A stretch of DNA of 52,431 nucleotides from Thermoplasmatota archaeon (GCA_965234725.1 CBDDUX010000035.1:2357-54787), one strand, 5' to 3'. Positions 18,147 to 28,211 are shown, numbered from the stretch's first letter. Numbers and translations: made by a program. Notes: generated from the sequence alone by a model not told the origin.

Positions 18147-21100
18147 ATGCCCCAAGGAGTGGGAAATATGCGGTCGAGTTTTTCTTTACAAATAGTCGCC
18201 CTGACAATTACATTGCTGTTCGTCGTCCCGCTTTTCCCGGCTGGGATCCAGGCAAATGGGATCGCGGACATCAACCTTGCAGGGTCTCCTTCACGGACAA
18301 GGTCTGCAAATGCTTCGGAATGGACCATGTATATGGGAGAGACAACCCACCAGGGGTACTCCTCCTCTCAGATCCCCCTTGAGAGTGATACAAATATACT
18401 CTGGGGACAGAGGATAGATAATCTCCTTGCTTACACATCCCCTGTCATCTGGGATGGAGTGGTCTATGTCGGGACCGGTGACGGTTATATGAAGGGGTTC
18501 GACATCGACACTGGCAAGGAAGTTTGGAATGTTCACATTGGATCCTATAAGATCCAATCTGCCGCCACTATTGACAACGGTACAATCTATTTCGGGGCAA
18601 GCAATGGCCATCTTTACGGTTTCAGGATTGCTGATAAGGTAAAGACCAACGATGTGGACCTTTATGGGAGAGAGATCTTCAGCTCCCCTCTGGTCATTGG
18701 TGACAGAGCATACATTGGAGTCCTGGGTGCCTCCCTCAACAATCATAAGTTCCATGCCGTGGACCTCGGAACGGATTCAATTAACTGGTCCCTTATAATG
18801 GAGGAGGAAGAGAATTTCTTCGGATTCAAGGAGACGGCAGCCTATTCGAACGGAAGGATCTACATTGGAGACGGGAACGGAACCTTCTTCTGTCTCGACG
18901 AGAATGGCTTCTGGGATGGCAACGATGGCGCTTTCCTTTCAGAAACCAATACTTCAATGACTGCTCCGGATATCATCTGGAAGTGGGAGAATCCCATAGC
19001 GATATCCACGGATGCCATGTTGGCCGAGGGTAAGGTCTATTTTGGTATCGTTACAGGTGACCTCTACTGCCTTAATGCAGATACCGGATCGTTTCTCTGG
19101 AAAAAGGAGGTGGGCCGGGGAGAAAGGGGTTTTCAATCTTGCCCGTCTTATAATGACGGCAGGATCTACATCACAGCAAGGAACTATTACAACAACATGG
19201 ATGGTGCATCCGTCTACTGCCTGGATGCAACCACAGGCAGCCAGAAATGGAGGTTCAATATCACAGGACAGATGATCACTGAATCATCACCTGTAGTCGT
19301 CGACGGCGCCCTGGTCTTTGGTTCCAGGAACAGGAAGTTGTACTGCATATCCACCACCGAGGAGAACATTGCAGATGAGGATAGGATTTTATGGACGAAC
19401 AAGACCGGATTCCCCATCACATCAACCCCTGCAGTTGCCGATGGAAGGGTGTTCGTCACCACAGGACCGCTTACGACATATGGTAAATTATTCGCGATGG
19501 GATCACCAGATCCAAGAATAGACAAGGTCTGGATATCAGATATGGCACCCTACGAAGGAGAGAGGGTCACCATTGGAGCAGAGATATTGAACAATGCAAC
19601 AGTGAATTGCAGGGCCAAGGTCGAATTCACAGCATCCACCATAAACAACTCCAGGCAAGAGATCATCGGAATTGTGGAGGATGTATCGATCCCGTTCAAT
19701 GAAAGAACGATCGTTAATGTCAATTGGACAGTAAAGGGAGGTTTCGATTACTTCGCGGTATTTATCAAGGATGTCACTCCAAATGATAAGGACCTGCTCA
19801 ACAATTTCGATTCGGAGGACCTTGTGATACGATTGCCACTAACGGGGGCATGGACAACCTCGGGATCGGGACCTGAAAAGGGGGGTGGAGCAGGAGAGAG
19901 CCTGGAGAGCAATAGGAGCTTCTGGAACCTTAGCTTCTCCAAACCATGGGAAGGAGAACCTGAACCTATATTCTATGATAGTTTCACAGGGAACGGAACG
20001 ATCTCGGCATCAGGAGCGGCGATCTACCTTACTAACCCTGACGGCCAATTATCAGCATACAATACCATCCCCGGGACCGATGGAAGCCCTGACCTCTTCT
20101 GGAGTTACTCGAATTCCTCTGTTGCCATGATCGGCAGGCCGGTCATTCTCGCAGACAGAGAACAAACATTCCAGGGACCAAACCGAATAATCACCTACGG
20201 AGATGATGGGGCGATCTGGTCCTTCGATTGGTCTGGCTTCATGGATGGAACGAACGATGGACCCTTTACAGCCGAGACTGAAACCGGTTCCTCAGATGGC
20301 GATGTAGTTTGGAGAACTAATATCCCCTACGCTCCCTCAGAGCCATTGACCCTCTGCGGAGGCAACCTGATAGTAATATGTAATGATGGCAGAATGAGAA
20401 GCCTCGATGACGACACCGGAGAGATCCTCTGGTCAAACCCCATTACGGATGGGAGCAAAGTGGTATCTGATATGATCCAGCTCTTCATCGTAGGTAATGA
20501 CAGCGTGGAGGTAATGGACCCAAACACAGGATCCATAATTAGGACCATGTCAATGGACCTCCCCTTCGAGTCAACGATCTCTTCAGCTTCGATCACGGAT
20601 TCGGGGTTGCTTGTAACCGGTGGGAACATTACAGCACTCTATGATCTGGACCCATCAGATGGAGTGGATGAAGGCATCAAGGACAATTCAACCGATTCGG
20701 ACCTCATATGGCAGGTCACCTACATCCATGAGATGGATTGCCCTCCCGCCGTATCCCCGATGGGAATGATGATAGGGGTCGTTTCGGGGGGAAGGGTATG
20801 GTTCCACCATCTCTCCAATGGTACAGAGATCGTGAATCTCTCCCTTCCCGAGGCCTTGACAGGCAGGATCGTCTCTGGAGGGGATTCATTCTACCTCTTG
20901 ACTGGCACATCGCCATGGACCGTCAGATCGTATATGACAAATGAGTTAGGGGCCCTGGAACCAACCTGGACTCTGGAACTTGGATCAGAACCGAGAGGGG
21001 AGCTTGTGATCGAGGGGAATCATATGTACATCTCCCTTAGGTCCGGGGATGTTATTGCTATCGGAGCCAATAACAATCCTCCACAGGCCGTAATATCAGG

Positions 21101-22619
21101 TCCATTGGAGGGTATTATGGTATTCCCGGATGAATTGGTAACACTGGATGCAACCGGTTCTACTGACCTTGACGGGGACCCTCTAAGATATGTATGGACC
21201 ATCGAAGGTACATCGATTTCTCTGTATGAGGGACCTGATCCCGTAACAGAGGTGACCCTTCCTGGTGTAGGAAGAAAATCACTGGTTCTCCGGGTATATG
21301 ACGACATGAGGGCATACGGAGAGGCCTCTGTGAACATTACCGTACTGAAAAGGATCACCTCGCCTGACTTCGAGGATTTTCTGTATGATATCAATATACA
21401 CATGTCCTATGGAATATCGGAGTCTTCCGGTAGGGGACTGATTAATGTTTCCATACCCTCCGTACTTCCTGATAGAACAGGAGCGGTCTTCGTTTGCAAC
21501 CTGGAATTCATAACATGGCCCGTCTATGCTCAATACAGGTTCGAATGGGCCAATATTACCATCGGATATGGTGACAAGGAGTTCAAAGATAGGGTGAATG
21601 AGGAGAGAATGGGTATCTTCTACCTGGACAATGGCAAATGGAAGAGGGCCGAGGGATCGGGAGTGGACACCTTGAACAAGAAGGTATACGGAAATTTCTC
21701 ATCTCTCATGACCGGTCAATATGCGATAGGGATCCTGGATAACAACGCACCTGAACTAAGGCACAGGGAAACCGAGGACTACAGGTACAGGATGATAGAG
21801 TCCACTGATTACAAGTTCAGGGTAGAATACAGGGATGCGGACAATGACTTCCCAGTCAAAGTCATACTGATGATCGACAACAAGACCGAATACCAGTTGA
21901 CCGATGAGGGTTTCTCAACATCAGTAACAAGATGGACATTCCACTCCGTGGATGATATCGAACTGGAACCTGGAGACCATACCTATTATTTCGAGGCGGA
22001 TGATGGGAATTTCATCATCAGGTCTGGTTATTTCAACATCAATGTCGGAAATAACCCCCCGGTTGTCATCATTGTAGGACCCACCTCTATTATCAGAACG
22101 GGAGATGTGGCCCTATTCGATGGATCAGGTAGCTATGATCCTGACGGGAATGATATCAAATTCTCATGGGACTTTGACGACAGGGACGGAATTCAGAGGG
22201 AAGAACTGGATGAGAAGGTTGACCATATTTACATTGAGGAGGGTAACTATGTAGTCACTCTGACGGTCTCCGATGGCGTCGACGAGACCTCGAAGACCAT
22301 CCATATCACCGTCCTGGATGATGAAGAAGATAGTAGTATAGGAAGCGATATCCCTCCAACCATATGGATCGGTATAATCATTATCATGGGGATATTGATC
22401 ATAGCCATAGTAATATTCATCACCATCTCCAGAAGAGGACACGAGGAACAATCGGACATTCAACGGAAGTTCGAGGGAAGATGGTCCTGCCCTGAGTGTG
22501 GAACAAGGATTCCAAACGGTGTAGAAGAATGCCCCAAATGTGATTATCTCTATGACCCTGTGGACTTCGAGGACGAAGAAGAGTTCGAGGAGTTTGAGGA
22601 TGATGAGGATGAGATGTGA
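18147..22619 (+). CDS. Surface protein with two PQQ-like/BamB-type beta-propellers, CARDB-like and PKD domains, TM helix, cytoplasmic zinc ribbon and acidic tail
   Basis: Repeated SSPV..DG.VY.G..DG.LY.LD..TG...W blades. PKD motifs LDATGSTDLDGD.L.Y.W and FDGSGSYDPDG...WDFDD. TM IWIGIIIIMGILIIAIVIFITI, then CPECG...CPKCD. Confidence 0.88.
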   Translation: MPQGVGNMRSSFSLQIVALTITLLFVVPLFPAGIQANGIADINLAGSPSRTRSANASEWTMYMGETTHQGYSSSQIPLESDTNILWGQRIDNLLAYTSPVIWDGVVYVGTGDGYMKGFDIDTGKEVWNVHIGSYKIQSAATIDNGTIYFGASNGHLYGFRIADKVKTNDVDLYGREIFSSPLVIGDRAYIGVLGASLNNHKFHAVDLGTDSINWSLIMEEEENFFGFKETAAYSNGRIYIGDGNGTFFCLDENGFWDGNDGAFLSETNTSMTAPDIIWKWENPIAISTDAMLAEGKVYFGIVTGDLYCLNADTGSFLWKKEVGRGERGFQSCPSYNDGRIYITARNYYNNMDGASVYCLDATTGSQKWRFNITGQMITESSPVVVDGALVFGSRNRKLYCISTTEENIADEDRILWTNKTGFPITSTPAVADGRVFVTTGPLTTYGKLFAMGSPDPRIDKVWISDMAPYEGERVTIGAEILNNATVNCRAKVEFTASTINNSRQEIIGIVEDVSIPFNERTIVNVNWTVKGGFDYFAVFIKDVTPNDKDLLNNFDSEDLVIRLPLTGAWTTSGSGPEKGGGAGESLESNRSFWNLSFSKPWEGEPEPIFYDSFTGNGTISASGAAIYLTNPDGQLSAYNTIPGTDGSPDLFWSYSNSSVAMIGRPVILADREQTFQGPNRIITYGDDGAIWSFDWSGFMDGTNDGPFTAETETGSSDGDVVWRTNIPYAPSEPLTLCGGNLIVICNDGRMRSLDDDTGEILWSNPITDGSKVVSDMIQLFIVGNDSVEVMDPNTGSIIRTMSMDLPFESTISSASITDSGLLVTGGNITALYDLDPSDGVDEGIKDNSTDSDLIWQVTYIHEMDCPPAVSPMGMMIGVVSGGRVWFHHLSNGTEIVNLSLPEALTGRIVSGGDSFYLLTGTSPWTVRSYMTNELGALEPTWTLELGSEPRGELVIEGNHMYISLRSGDVIAIGANNNPPQAVISGPLEGIMVFPDELVTLDATGSTDLDGDPLRYVWTIEGTSISLYEGPDPVTEVTLPGVGRKSLVLRVYDDMRAYGEASVNITVLKRITSPDFEDFLYDINIHMSYGISESSGRGLINVSIPSVLPDRTGAVFVCNLEFITWPVYAQYRFEWANITIGYGDKEFKDRVNEERMGIFYLDNGKWKRAEGSGVDTLNKKVYGNFSSLMTGQYAIGILDNNAPELRHRETEDYRYRMIESTDYKFRVEYRDADNDFPVKVILMIDNKTEYQLTDEGFSTSVTRWTFHSVDDIELEPGDHTYYFEADDGNFIIRSGYFNINVGNNPPVVIIVGPTSIIRTGDVALFDGSGSYDPDGNDIKFSWDFDDRDGIQREELDEKVDHIYIEEGNYVVTLTVSDGVDETSKTIHITVLDDEEDSSIGSDIPPTIWIGIIIIMGILIIAIVIFITISRRGHEEQSDIQRKFEGRWSCPECGTRIPNGVEECPKCDYLYDPVDFEDEEEFEEFEDDEDEM

Positions 22620-22683
22620 GGCACCCAGAATTCCCAAGCTATAAATAAGAGAATAATTATCGGCCTATCCCCGAGGTGCCCAC

Positions 22684-22881
22684 ATGGGAAATATCAGACC
22701 TACGTTCATAAAGAGAGCTGCGATCGATATACTCAAATTATACCCTGCTCAGTTCACTGATGATTTCGAAGAGAACAAAATGTTCCTTTCAAAGGTTGCT
22801 GAGTTCCAGTCAAAGAGCCTCAGGAACAAGGTCGCAGGTTACATTACAAGATACAGGCACGTTCTAGAGAACAAGATCTAA
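22684..22881 (+). CDS. rps17e: 30S ribosomal protein S17e
   Basis: MGNIRPTFIKR...FTDDFEENK...SKSLRNKVAGYITR. GAGGTG RBS upstream. Confidence 0.97.
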   Translation: MGNIRPTFIKRAAIDILKLYPAQFTDDFEENKMFLSKVAEFQSKSLRNKVAGYITRYRHVLENKI

Positions 22882-22949
22882 GATCTGGAACTTTCGGCTA
22901 CCTCCCCCACTTCTGCTTATAAATCCATTTTTAATGCTTCATCCTGTAT

Positions 22950-23035
22950 GAGGTTAGGCCCTCTCGGGCCTCCCGCATGCATCCCTAACCGAGGGCGGGG
23001 TTTAATCCCCTTTTTCCCCGTCCACTTTAATTTTC
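22950..23035 (+). ncRNA. Candidate small structured RNA (unassigned)
   Basis: GC-rich nested stems GGTTAG/CTAACC with GCCC-TCTC-GGGC, then GGGCGGGG/CCCCGTCC followed by a T-rich tract. AT-rich TATA-like boxes at 22917-22935. Confidence 0.3.
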
Positions 23036-23083
23036 TTTGCAGTCGGAACGAACCTTTTTCTAATTAGACCTCGATCCATTGTC

Positions 23084-23536
23084 ATGGAAGGGTCCCGAAC
23101 CGATGGACCAGGGTACAGGATACCCAGCAAGGAGATCGTTGAAACGGCGATCCTGGAAGTTTTGAAGGAAGCATTCACTGTCAGATCACAGGTTCTTTTT
23201 CAGAGATTGGTCCTGGGAAGACTTCGAGAGATGGACGGAGGGAAGTTCAGACTGACAGGAAAGAGGCTGAGAAGGATCGCTGCTGACATGGATGATGTTG
23301 ACCTTATAATCCACTGCAGGGACGGGGAACGGGTGAATCGAAGTAAGACCTGCCCTGTATGTGGAAGTACGATGGAGAATATCCAGAACAGCACACTCTA
23401 CGGATGGACGGTCACTACCGGTAAGACCTGTCCGACATGTTCATATTGGACAGGGACCAGGAAAAGGATCCCCACCAGGTATGTTTTCACCATTGAGAAA
23501 GAAAAATACATAGGTGAGAAACTGGAGGAGGCTTAA
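23084..23536 (+). CDS. Hypothetical protein with a winged-helix-like N-terminus and zinc ribbon
   Basis: 150-aa ORF with CPVCG...CPTC. Its stop overlaps the next start (TAATG). Confidence 0.75.
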   Translation: MEGSRTDGPGYRIPSKEIVETAILEVLKEAFTVRSQVLFQRLVLGRLREMDGGKFRLTGKRLRRIAADMDDVDLIIHCRDGERVNRSKTCPVCGSTMENIQNSTLYGWTVTTGKTCPTCSYWTGTRKRIPTRYVFTIEKEKYIGEKLEEA

Positions 23537-24306
23537 TGGAAAAGAGCTTCATTACAGCCTTAGAGAAAGGAAGCCTTTCCGAAGCAGCTGATATTTTAAA
23601 GAGGATCGAGAAGGATGTCCCGAGGACCAGGTTCCTTTTTCTCGAGGGTCTTCTTCTTGAAAAGGAAGGTGAACTGGAGGAGGCCTCTAAGAAATTCGAC
23701 ATGGCCCTTGTCCTTCACCTATCAGACAATTCGTTATGGAAAGCCAAGGCCAGGGTCCTGATGGAACTTGGAAAGGTGGACATGGCAAAAAGAGCGGTCG
23801 AAAGGGCTTGCAGGTTGAAACCGGATGACCATGATGGTCATCTCCTGTTATCGGAAATATTGTACAGGATGAAGGACTATCCCAGAGCGGAAAAGGAAAT
23901 TGATATGTCCCTTGAACTTGGGGGCAGGTCCGCCGCTGCCCTTACCTTGAAAGGCATACTGATCTCTATCCTGAAACAGGATTATAGGTCCGCCCTCACC
24001 TACTTCGATTCTGCAATTGATACGGATGAGGGATACGGCAGGGCTTGGACCAACAGGGGAATTGCATTGAAGGAGATCGGGGACAGGGACGGTTCGATCT
24101 ATTCTTTCCAGAAGGGTCTGATCATTGATCCAGAGGATTCCAATGCTAAAAAGATGCTGATCATATTGGGACAGGCATCATTCGTTGAGAAGATGATAGG
24201 AAGGGGGCCCAAGCTTAACAAGAGATCTGGTCAAGATGAAAAAGGGAAAGAAACCAAGGATGAACTGGAAGAACTTGATGAGTGGGAGGATTGGGGGGGT
24301 CAATAG
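23536..24306 (+). CDS. TPR-repeat protein
   Basis: Several TPRs, e.g. LWKAKARVLMELGK...A..L.P and AWTNRGIALKEIGD...IIDP. Acidic Trp-containing C-terminus. Confidence 0.9.
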   Translation: MEKSFITALEKGSLSEAADILKRIEKDVPRTRFLFLEGLLLEKEGELEEASKKFDMALVLHLSDNSLWKAKARVLMELGKVDMAKRAVERACRLKPDDHDGHLLLSEILYRMKDYPRAEKEIDMSLELGGRSAAALTLKGILISILKQDYRSALTYFDSAIDTDEGYGRAWTNRGIALKEIGDRDGSIYSFQKGLIIDPEDSNAKKMLIILGQASFVEKMIGRGPKLNKRSGQDEKGKETKDELEELDEWEDWGGQ

Positions 24307-24956
24307 GGGTAATCCTGATCGACCAGGTCTGCAATTCCTCGCATAATAGTGTCTGTGACCTCCCGTAGAACCTCCTTGTCATCATCTTTCCCTGCGAGAT
24401 CCTTGAATATAAGAGGTTTTCCGATCTTGATCGTCACTATTTTCTTCATCTTTGGCATATGATCTCCTTTGGGCATAAGGAGATGAGTTCCCCAGATCCC
24501 GACGGGGACCACCGGTACACCTGTCCAAAGTGCAAGTTTCGCCACACCTATCTTCCCTTTTGTTAAATGGAATCCATCACCTCTTGTACCTTCGGGGTAG
24601 ATGATGAGATTATGTCCTTTCCTGATGTATTCCTCGCCCTGTCTTAACGATTCGTCCCCTGTCCCCTGACCTCTGTCAACAGGAACGGCCTGGAATCTCC
24701 AGGCAAGGAACCTGAAGGGTGGCTTTCCCTGGAACCAGTGCTTGCGGTCCGCAAAGAAATGGGTCTTTCGGTGTGTTGACATAACGATAGCGGGCATCAC
24801 TGCGAACTCGTCAAGATGGCTATTGTGGTTTACAGCAAAGATGTAGGGTGTATCCTTGTTAAGGTTCTCCCTGCCTGTCTCTTTTTTGATCATCCTCCAC
24901 CTGAGAAATGGTAGAAGGAATACCCTCTCGGGAAGTAGATAGAACCCTATCGCCAT
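24300..24956 (-). CDS. plsC: Lysophospholipid acyltransferase (PlsC / 1-acyl-sn-glycerol-3-phosphate acyltransferase family)
   Basis: NHNSHLD (HX4D), FFAD, VPVDRG, IYPEGTR and VPVVPVGI acyltransferase blocks. Confidence 0.88.
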   Translation of the reverse strand: MAIGFYLLPERVFLLPFLRWRMIKKETGRENLNKDTPYIFAVNHNSHLDEFAVMPAIVMSTHRKTHFFADRKHWFQGKPPFRFLAWRFQAVPVDRGQGTGDESLRQGEEYIRKGHNLIIYPEGTRGDGFHLTKGKIGVAKLALWTGVPVVPVGIWGTHLLMPKGDHMPKMKKIVTIKIGKPLIFKDLAGKDDDKEVLREVTDTIMRGIADLVDQDYPY

Positions 24957-25187
24957 GATCGTTCAGAAGTATGAATGGATAGATATATTTGTCGTCGGTC
25001 GACCATAATTTAACTTGGTGATCCGCAGGTCAATCCATATCAATAAATATGTGAAGAACCACAATAAGCCAGGAAAACAATACAATTTCACAATTACATA
25101 CCATTGCCATTTTATATATAAGAACGTCTTTGATACCAGTAGGGGTTTCATAGAGAAATCGTTCCAATCGATCAAGAGGTGTTCAGT

Positions 25188-28100
25188 ATGAGTAATTTAG
25201 GAAAAATGGTGGGAGTTCTACTCATAGTGGTCTCCCTGGCAATAGCAGGTATCGGAGCCGCTTTCATGTTCTATATTGCACCCAATGGTGCAGAAGAGGC
25301 AACGTTCCCCACGGATTTTGATGAGCATAACCTGTACGGTGGTTTCCTCGACAGATTGAACACGACCTCAGGCCAGGTCGAGCACGTCGAGTTTACCGTC
25401 GACAGACGGATCCAGGCAGTCGATGAACTCAGTGGTGGAAAGATCAAACTCGATGAGACCATCACTGGAATTGAGAACGGCACCCAGGTCCCGGTACCTG
25501 AGCTGGCAAAGCACAACATCTACAATATAGATGAGAGCTCGATCCAGCTGTATCGTTACGAGGACCTCGTTTCGGGAGATATAGTGGAGTACACCGAGGA
25601 TGACAATGTCCAGTGGATCTTCCCTCATCCGGTTGACAAGGATAAGGACTACAATGTGTTCAACATGAACATTTTGAACTTTTCCGACGCCAAGTTCCTC
25701 GGAGAAGAGGAGAGGTTCGGTGTCAATTGCTATGTTTATAAAGGAGAGGAGATCGAATATGAGATCCCGATCCCTGCCTCCACTGCTGCTAAGCTTGGAA
25801 GCCTAGCGGGAGGTTCTAAAATGATGCTAACCCTCTGGGAGAAGGCTTGGGTCCATCCTCTGACCGGATCGATCATCGATTATGCCAAGGAGATCAATAC
25901 ATATCTCTACCTACCGGAACTTCCAAGTGTCCCGGAAATTAAATATCCGTCAAATCTAAACTCAACTTCCGGATTCGATGGAGACCTCATTCTCTTCGAT
26001 CAGGCAACTGCATCGTTCATGACCTTCAACGGCATCAAAGCAGAACGATACATCGAGGTCATTTCGGCAAGTGATTACAATTTGACAGCAAACGAAACTG
26101 TGACCGTAACAACGGCGGAAGGTGCATCCCTGGCACTTCTTGATTCCAGCATCCAGGTAATGTTCGATGCAAGGGACGGAACTCATACCGGACCCGGAAG
26201 GAGCGGTCATTACCTCTTCTCACCGCAGGGTGCAGGCCAGATGAACTACTCGATCTGGGATGACGGATTCCAGATGGGGGTCAATGCCGAATATATCGGG
26301 CAGGAAACTTCAGCATTCCCAGGATTGGTGGCAAATATCTACCATGTATATGTTGAGAATGGAACTTATGCTGCTGGAGGATTCGCCACACTTGACATGA
26401 CCTACTGGGTAGAGGAAATGTCCGGTATCGTTCTCGATGTGAACAAGAAGATGACCGTCTGGAGACCTCAGGATGCTAGGAGACTCCCAACTGACACCTC
26501 CATGATCAACAAGACTGTCACTCTAAACACCACTGTGACCTCTTACAATCCTATTGATGGAAGCGATTCCACCATGGACATATATGTTGAGCAGATGATC
26601 AACTGTTCCGGGTATACCAATGATACATTCGGAGTTGCAAAGATCACCGAGACCGTGACCAAATATCTGCCGGATGGTACGATGATGGCACCACCCATGG
26701 TGACCCAGTTCGGAGTAGATGCTTACACCATGGACTATATCTTCGTTGACAGCTGGTCAACCATGGACCGGGATGGTCAGTTCACATTCCCACTGGGACT
26801 TCTCAATGATACTGGTGGAGTGATAGAGATGTTCACCATGTACAATTCAGACCTGGGAATGTCGTTCCCAACAGTTCTCATTGAAGAGACCACCATGAAC
26901 GGCTTGGATGTGGCAAAGTATCAGATGGCTCTTCCAAACATTAATCTGACCTATGCCCAGGTTGTTGCAACCCTCGGACAGGACCCGGGACTTCCGGGTG
27001 CAACCGGAACCTATGAGTGTGTTTTTGAGTACATTGTCGATATCGATACCGGGACCATTGTGGATATCACAAGAGATGTCACTATCAAACTCATACCTCC
27101 GACTTATGACTATTTGTGGGACAACCTTGATTCCACCACTGTGTTAAAAGGAGAGATGATGGGGGAGAACGTCACCGTGACCCAGACAATGATGGGAATG
27201 GATTCAGGAGATGGTACCACTCTGATCAATGTCTCAACAATATACAAATATGACAACGGTTCAGACTTCCTTCCATCCACTTCCACAGAGGTTTTCATCA
27301 ACACCACCTCCCATGAGATTCTTTATCCCAATGGGACCGGAATGGGGGTTTACTTCCTCTTCCCAAAATCACCCACGGAATCAGTATATCCAATGATCAA
27401 CGATTTCGGAGGGATAATGTTTTCAGGAGGCGCTGTGAAAGGAGCGGAAACGGATACAACCGTAGATTATAATTTTTCTAGCACTCAAGCAATTGATGCG
27501 GCTGTTTTCGGAATGCCTGGAGTTAACGTCAATATGACAATGGATCTGAACTACCTTGTTGACAAGTTCACGGGGTATGTTCTGGATGTGATGGGGGTTA
27601 TCTTACTTGAGAACAACTCCATGAATTTTACCCAAGAGTCGACGTTCCTTGCTCAGGACGATCCGGTGGAGACTGCCATGTTCAACGCTGTGATGGGGTG
27701 GTCCATCATTGGCACTCCGAAAAAAGTTTTGGATATATCCATGGAGCTTTATGACATGGAAGCACAGGCAGCGGTCATGAAGGCAAAGGCAACATCGATG
27801 CTATTCAAGATAGCCGATGGAGTGGAACCCGCAATGGAGCTTGAGCTCAGGTTCAATGCAACCACTAAAGCGACACTTCTTGCAACTGCAACTGCAACTG
27901 TGGCCCAGCTGGAACAGCTCCCTGCCCTCATAGGTGCTCACATGCTGAAGGACCTCCTTGCATCCAAGGAGAACATGGTCCTCTATGTTTACTACAAGAA
28001 AGTGGATGAGGACAAGGACCTAAAGGAATTCGTGGATGTGGATGGGACTGTAAAGTACTGGGCTGACATCGCCAAGGACAAGGATGCCGAGTACGAGAAG

Positions 28101-28211
28101 TTCGCAGTGGTCATCCCAACGATCATGTATGTATTTGCGGGAATCGGTATCATTGTGGGAATTGTATTGATATTGGCTCCGGGAAGAAAGACAGAGGAAG
28201 CTGAAGAGTAG
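25188..28211 (+). CDS. DUF3068 (PorA-like) multi-domain membrane protein with N- and C-terminal TM helices
   Basis: Four repeats of the ..F.FP......Y......A...GEE...G...Y.Y......WV.P.TG.I.D pattern. Start placed after the GAGGTG RBS; the ORF track starts at 25179. Confidence 0.7.
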   Translation: MSNLGKMVGVLLIVVSLAIAGIGAAFMFYIAPNGAEEATFPTDFDEHNLYGGFLDRLNTTSGQVEHVEFTVDRRIQAVDELSGGKIKLDETITGIENGTQVPVPELAKHNIYNIDESSIQLYRYEDLVSGDIVEYTEDDNVQWIFPHPVDKDKDYNVFNMNILNFSDAKFLGEEERFGVNCYVYKGEEIEYEIPIPASTAAKLGSLAGGSKMMLTLWEKAWVHPLTGSIIDYAKEINTYLYLPELPSVPEIKYPSNLNSTSGFDGDLILFDQATASFMTFNGIKAERYIEVISASDYNLTANETVTVTTAEGASLALLDSSIQVMFDARDGTHTGPGRSGHYLFSPQGAGQMNYSIWDDGFQMGVNAEYIGQETSAFPGLVANIYHVYVENGTYAAGGFATLDMTYWVEEMSGIVLDVNKKMTVWRPQDARRLPTDTSMINKTVTLNTTVTSYNPIDGSDSTMDIYVEQMINCSGYTNDTFGVAKITETVTKYLPDGTMMAPPMVTQFGVDAYTMDYIFVDSWSTMDRDGQFTFPLGLLNDTGGVIEMFTMYNSDLGMSFPTVLIEETTMNGLDVAKYQMALPNINLTYAQVVATLGQDPGLPGATGTYECVFEYIVDIDTGTIVDITRDVTIKLIPPTYDYLWDNLDSTTVLKGEMMGENVTVTQTMMGMDSGDGTTLINVSTIYKYDNGSDFLPSTSTEVFINTTSHEILYPNGTGMGVYFLFPKSPTESVYPMINDFGGIMFSGGAVKGAETDTTVDYNFSSTQAIDAAVFGMPGVNVNMTMDLNYLVDKFTGYVLDVMGVILLENNSMNFTQESTFLAQDDPVETAMFNAVMGWSIIGTPKKVLDISMELYDMEAQAAVMKAKATSMLFKIADGVEPAMELELRFNATTKATLLATATATVAQLEQLPALIGAHMLKDLLASKENMVLYVYYKKVDEDKDLKEFVDVDGTVKYWADIAKDKDAEYEKFAVVIPTIMYVFAGIGIIVGIVLILAPGRKTEEAEE

